A program made the position numbers and the translations under genes. 64,000 bases of DNA. Source: Candidatus Thorarchaeota archaeon. Its GTDB lineage: Archaea > Asgardarchaeota > Thorarchaeia > Thorarchaeales > Thorarchaeaceae. Every line of letters starts with the position of its first letter. Within the stretch, counting starts at the first letter, position 1. Location of the stretch: assembly GCA_019057475.1 (NCBI GenBank), contig DXJO01000010.1, positions 320,001 to 384,000 of the forward strand, read 5' to 3'. Of the stretch, positions 61,193 through 64,000 are shown piece after piece. Under the pieces are notes generated by a model. That model had not been told where the DNA came from, made no database searches, and worked only from the letters and a program-made list of their open reading frames with translations.

Positions 61193-62179
61193 GTGGGCGT
61201 AAAGAAATGGAGCTTCGTGCCTTGGGAGTGGGCAAGCATTGACGAGCTCTCTCCAAGGACAATCGCCATAGACGCTCCGAACTACCTGATGCGCAGACTA
61301 TCAACTATTCGAAGGAATGGCAAGTTCAATCGAGTCCCTCTAAGTCATATTCATGTCGCTCTCGGAACAATCCGCGCAGCACTTCGTATTCATGTCCTTC
61401 CCGTATTGGTGTTCGATGGTCCTCCTGAAACCCTGAAACGTGCTCCCAATCCCGAGCTCATTATCGCAGCTCACGACCTATACCGCACCTTCTGTTCTGA
61501 GAGAGACCCCTACAGCCACAAGCTGGTCAATGACCTGCAGGACAGCCCTGCGCTGAGGATGTACTTTGCAGCGTTTCACGTCAAGGACCTTTGCAAAAGT
61601 TTGGGTATCCCATGTATCAACTCGCCCTCTGAAGCTGAGATGGCGGCTGCAGTCTTGTGTCGTGATGGGTTGGTTGGCACGGTTGTGTCGAATGATGCTG
61701 ATGCACTATTATTCGGAAGTCCACATGTCACAAAACAACTCCATCTTACAAAGAGAGCGATTTTCAGAGCCACGCGAAGTGAGCTTGAAGCCAAGATGGG
61801 CCTAGACCTAGAGCATCTGAGGGACCTTGCTATTGTTTGTGGGTGTGACTTCCACAAGCAGGGCGTGAAGGGAGTGGGGCCTCGAAAGGGAGTAGTTCTC
61901 CTTCAGAGGCACGGAGGACTTGTAGGGCTTCTAAAGGCGCGAGGCTATACCGCATTTCAGAGAGAAGAGTACATCCTCGCACGTGAGGTATTCGACGAGC
62001 CTACTCACATGTCCAGCAATGGGTTTGACATCACTCTCAGGCCTCCAATGGTTCCAATGGCAGTCAGGCTACTCAGCGCTGTCATGGGAACGGAGAAGGC
62101 AGAAGAAACCGTGGCGAAGATAGTACGACTGTGGAAAGGGTTCGGCGAACAACAGACAACACTGGAGCAATTTGCATGA
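61193..62179 (+). CDS. FEN1/XPG-family 5' nuclease (divergent paralog)
   Basis: MGV, IAIDAPN, VFDG.PP, PSEAE, SNDADALLFG, GCDF..GVKGVGP; C-terminal QTTLEQF PIP-like motif. Confidence 0.85.
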   Translation: MGVKKWSFVPWEWASIDELSPRTIAIDAPNYLMRRLSTIRRNGKFNRVPLSHIHVALGTIRAALRIHVLPVLVFDGPPETLKRAPNPELIIAAHDLYRTFCSERDPYSHKLVNDLQDSPALRMYFAAFHVKDLCKSLGIPCINSPSEAEMAAAVLCRDGLVGTVVSNDADALLFGSPHVTKQLHLTKRAIFRATRSELEAKMGLDLEHLRDLAIVCGCDFHKQGVKGVGPRKGVVLLQRHGGLVGLLKARGYTAFQREEYILAREVFDEPTHMSSNGFDITLRPPMVPMAVRLLSAVMGTEKAEETVAKIVRLWKGFGEQQTTLEQFA

Positions 62180-62216
62180 CGAGAAGCGATGGTCATATCC
62201 CGAGAATAGGAGGGCG

Positions 62217-62975
62217 ATGAGAATGAACAGTCTACTGGATGAGAACACACAAGGTCCAATCCTTACAAGTCGTGAAGTTAGAGAGCGGTACATCGAAGTG
62301 GAGCGAGCCATGAAGGAGCTTAAGGAGGAGTACAGGTCTTTCATCCACACAATGGCTCATGACATCAGGGGGTGTTTCAATGCTGTCCTTGGCTATGCAC
62401 AGCTTCTCAAGGAGGTGCATAATCCAGAGTACGCCAATACGATTGTTGAGAGTGTCCATAGGATGACGCGGTTGTTGGACCGGTCAGTACGGCTGGTGGA
62501 CATGGGTGTGCCCGTGGGCTGGCTCTCAGAGGTTGACCTGAATAAGGTGATTCCAACAGTTGCAGGTTCGGTGTTGCCCGCGGAGGTCGAATTCCTACAT
62601 GATAGACTTCCGATTGTGCTTGGAGATCCAGACAAGTTAGCACAAGCTTTTCAGAACCTGCTCGTGAATGCTATCGAGCATGGACGGGCCAACAGGGTTG
62701 AAGTCCGCAAGAGGAGTGCAGAGGGTGGGATTGCGGTTATATTCCGCAATGATGGGCAGCCAATTCCCGATGAACTCCGCTCACTATTATTCATTCAACG
62801 GGCAAGTTCCAAACTTGGGGGCGGAATGGGACTCGGGATTGTGAGGAAGATTATCGAATCTCATGGTTGGAGTATTAAGCTGGACCCTGTTGAGATGCCA
62901 ACCTTTCGGGTTTTCATACCTCAGTCGAGTCTCGTGAAGATTAGCTATATCAGACATGACAACTCTAGTCAATAG
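62217..62975 (+). CDS. Histidine kinase (HisKA + HATPase_c), no obvious sensor domain
   Basis: MAHDIRG H-box, QNLLVNAIEHG N-box, NDGQPIP, GGMGLGIVRKIIESHG. Confidence 0.85.
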   Translation: MRMNSLLDENTQGPILTSREVRERYIEVERAMKELKEEYRSFIHTMAHDIRGCFNAVLGYAQLLKEVHNPEYANTIVESVHRMTRLLDRSVRLVDMGVPVGWLSEVDLNKVIPTVAGSVLPAEVEFLHDRLPIVLGDPDKLAQAFQNLLVNAIEHGRANRVEVRKRSAEGGIAVIFRNDGQPIPDELRSLLFIQRASSKLGGGMGLGIVRKIIESHGWSIKLDPVEMPTFRVFIPQSSLVKISYIRHDNSSQ

Positions 62976-63171
62976 CTCCGGAACAGGATGCTCCAAGCAA
63001 GGGTAGCAAGGAAACCTGCTTCTGTGGGACATGGGTATAGGCCGCGAGATATTCGGACCTGATTTCTAGCCATATCGACAAGAGAAAGGAGGTTGATAAC
63101 CTCTAGTCGACACTCTATGAAACGCACATGAGAAATGTCATGAAACGATCAGATTGTGATGAATGAGGTCC

Positions 63172-64000
63172 TTACCCCGAATCAAGGAATCGCGATTCAC
63201 GTGTCCATGGATCTCGCCATCCCTTTTCACTGTGCAGCCTGTGAAGGAGGGTCATGCGATAGGTCTTCTGCTTCTCAATCAACCCTGTGACATAATTCAC
63301 ACCTATGTCATTCATGTACTCTCTCGCTGGGCCCAGAAAGATGGTGCTTTGAAGGTCTGGAACACGAACAACAGCAAATAGACCCCTCCCGCCCTCCATC
63401 CTCAGAGCGCGGACATAGGGGGCGCCTTTCAGCAGATAGGACCAGACGGCCCCCACCTTCTTTGGACTGGAATCATAGATTATGACGTATACACCCTCAG
63501 GAATTGCACTGTACTCCAACGATGGGTGGTATAGGACTGTCAGAAGGGATCTAGCAAGGAGCGTCTCCACTCTTTCCTTAGCGCTCTGATTGGGAATTCC
63601 CATAGCACGGACTAGCCTCAGTCTGTCCTGAAAACAGCCGTGGTGTGCACATAGTATCCCAAGCAGGTCCCTGTCTCTCTGTGAAACTGGCCACGGTGCA
63701 CCATCAACTTGGGGCGATTCGCAGTATAGCCATCCCGGAATGTCTTTGGGTATCATATCTTCCGCTTGCCACGGTCTTACGCTCCACTTGGGCTCACCGG
63801 TTTCATTACTGAAGAGGTCCGTTCTCATGGAGATTACCTCGGAGTCAGCAGTGACTTGCACTGAGCCAGGAATCAAGTCCTCCTCATGCGGCCCGACCGA
63901 GCTGACTGGTTCAGCATAGACGACAATCTCAAGGAATTCACTACTACTGAAGATCGTGTCTTTGCATACGTACTTTTCAGAAGCTCCCCCGGTCGGGACC
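63172..64000 (-). CDS. Hypothetical protein, C-terminal part (HTH plus ferredoxin-like end); starts outside the window
   Basis: Frame is open without a stop from 63172 to the window edge (manual translation). Confidence 0.6.
   Translation of the reverse strand, partial: VPTGGASEKYVCKDTIFSSSEFLEIVVYAEPVSSVGPHEEDLIPGSVQVTADSEVISMRTDLFSNETGEPKWSVRPWQAEDMIPKDIPGWLYCESPQVDGAPWPVSQRDRDLLGILCAHHGCFQDRLRLVRAMGIPNQSAKERVETLLARSLLTVLYHPSLEYSAIPEGVYVIIYDSSPKKVGAVWSYLLKGAPYVRALRMEGGRGLFAVVRVPDLQSTIFLGPAREYMNDIGVNYVTGLIEKQKTYRMTLLHRLHSEKGWRDPWTRESRFLDSG

Noticed and set aside
41228-62975. Integrated provirus, ICE or casposon as the explanation for the accessory block
   Set aside because: No integrase, transposase, relaxase, capsid, terminase or polymerase; no tRNA or att repeats seen; composition looks like the flanks (judged by eye)
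1-64000. Genome-wide TAG or TGA recoding
   Set aside because: Many clearly complete genes end in TAG or TGA at the expected family length

Overview
A 64-kb, gene-dense archaeal chromosomal segment of about 50% GC. It has GGAGG/GAGGTG ribosome-binding sites, TTTAAA/TTTATA promoter boxes, archaeal-type RadA/XPD/Hel308/FEN1 and a longin-roadblock-like protein, which points to an Asgard archaeon, possibly Thorarchaeia (inference). I found no rRNA, tRNA, CRISPR array, transposase or integrase. The first 41 kb is mostly metabolism: an AcpS-FkbH-ACP module with acyltransferases and a deacetylase; LplA plus 2-oxoacid dehydrogenase E1a/E1b/E2; a B12 adenosyltransferase; two acyl-CoA mutase large subunits with ICM-type and MCM-type residues, one small subunit and MeaB; a GlcD/GlcF-like pair; an Ord-like dehydrogenase, aminotransferase and CoA transferase. 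It also holds a bactofilin-like gene and a candidate three-hairpin small RNA. The most striking element is a ~16-kb, 15-gene co-oriented, largely overlapping operon (46.2-62.2 kb). It combines three RecA-family paralogs, an Fe-S XPD-type helicase, a Hel308-type helicase with an inserted SWIM finger, a divergent FEN1/XPG nuclease, a degenerate membrane-anchored HerA/VirB4-like protein and several membrane proteins. It is a candidate membrane-coupled DNA uptake/exchange and recombination system. A GH3-ThiF-TPR operon is transcribed divergently from it. All functional calls come from reading motifs by eye; no database search was run.
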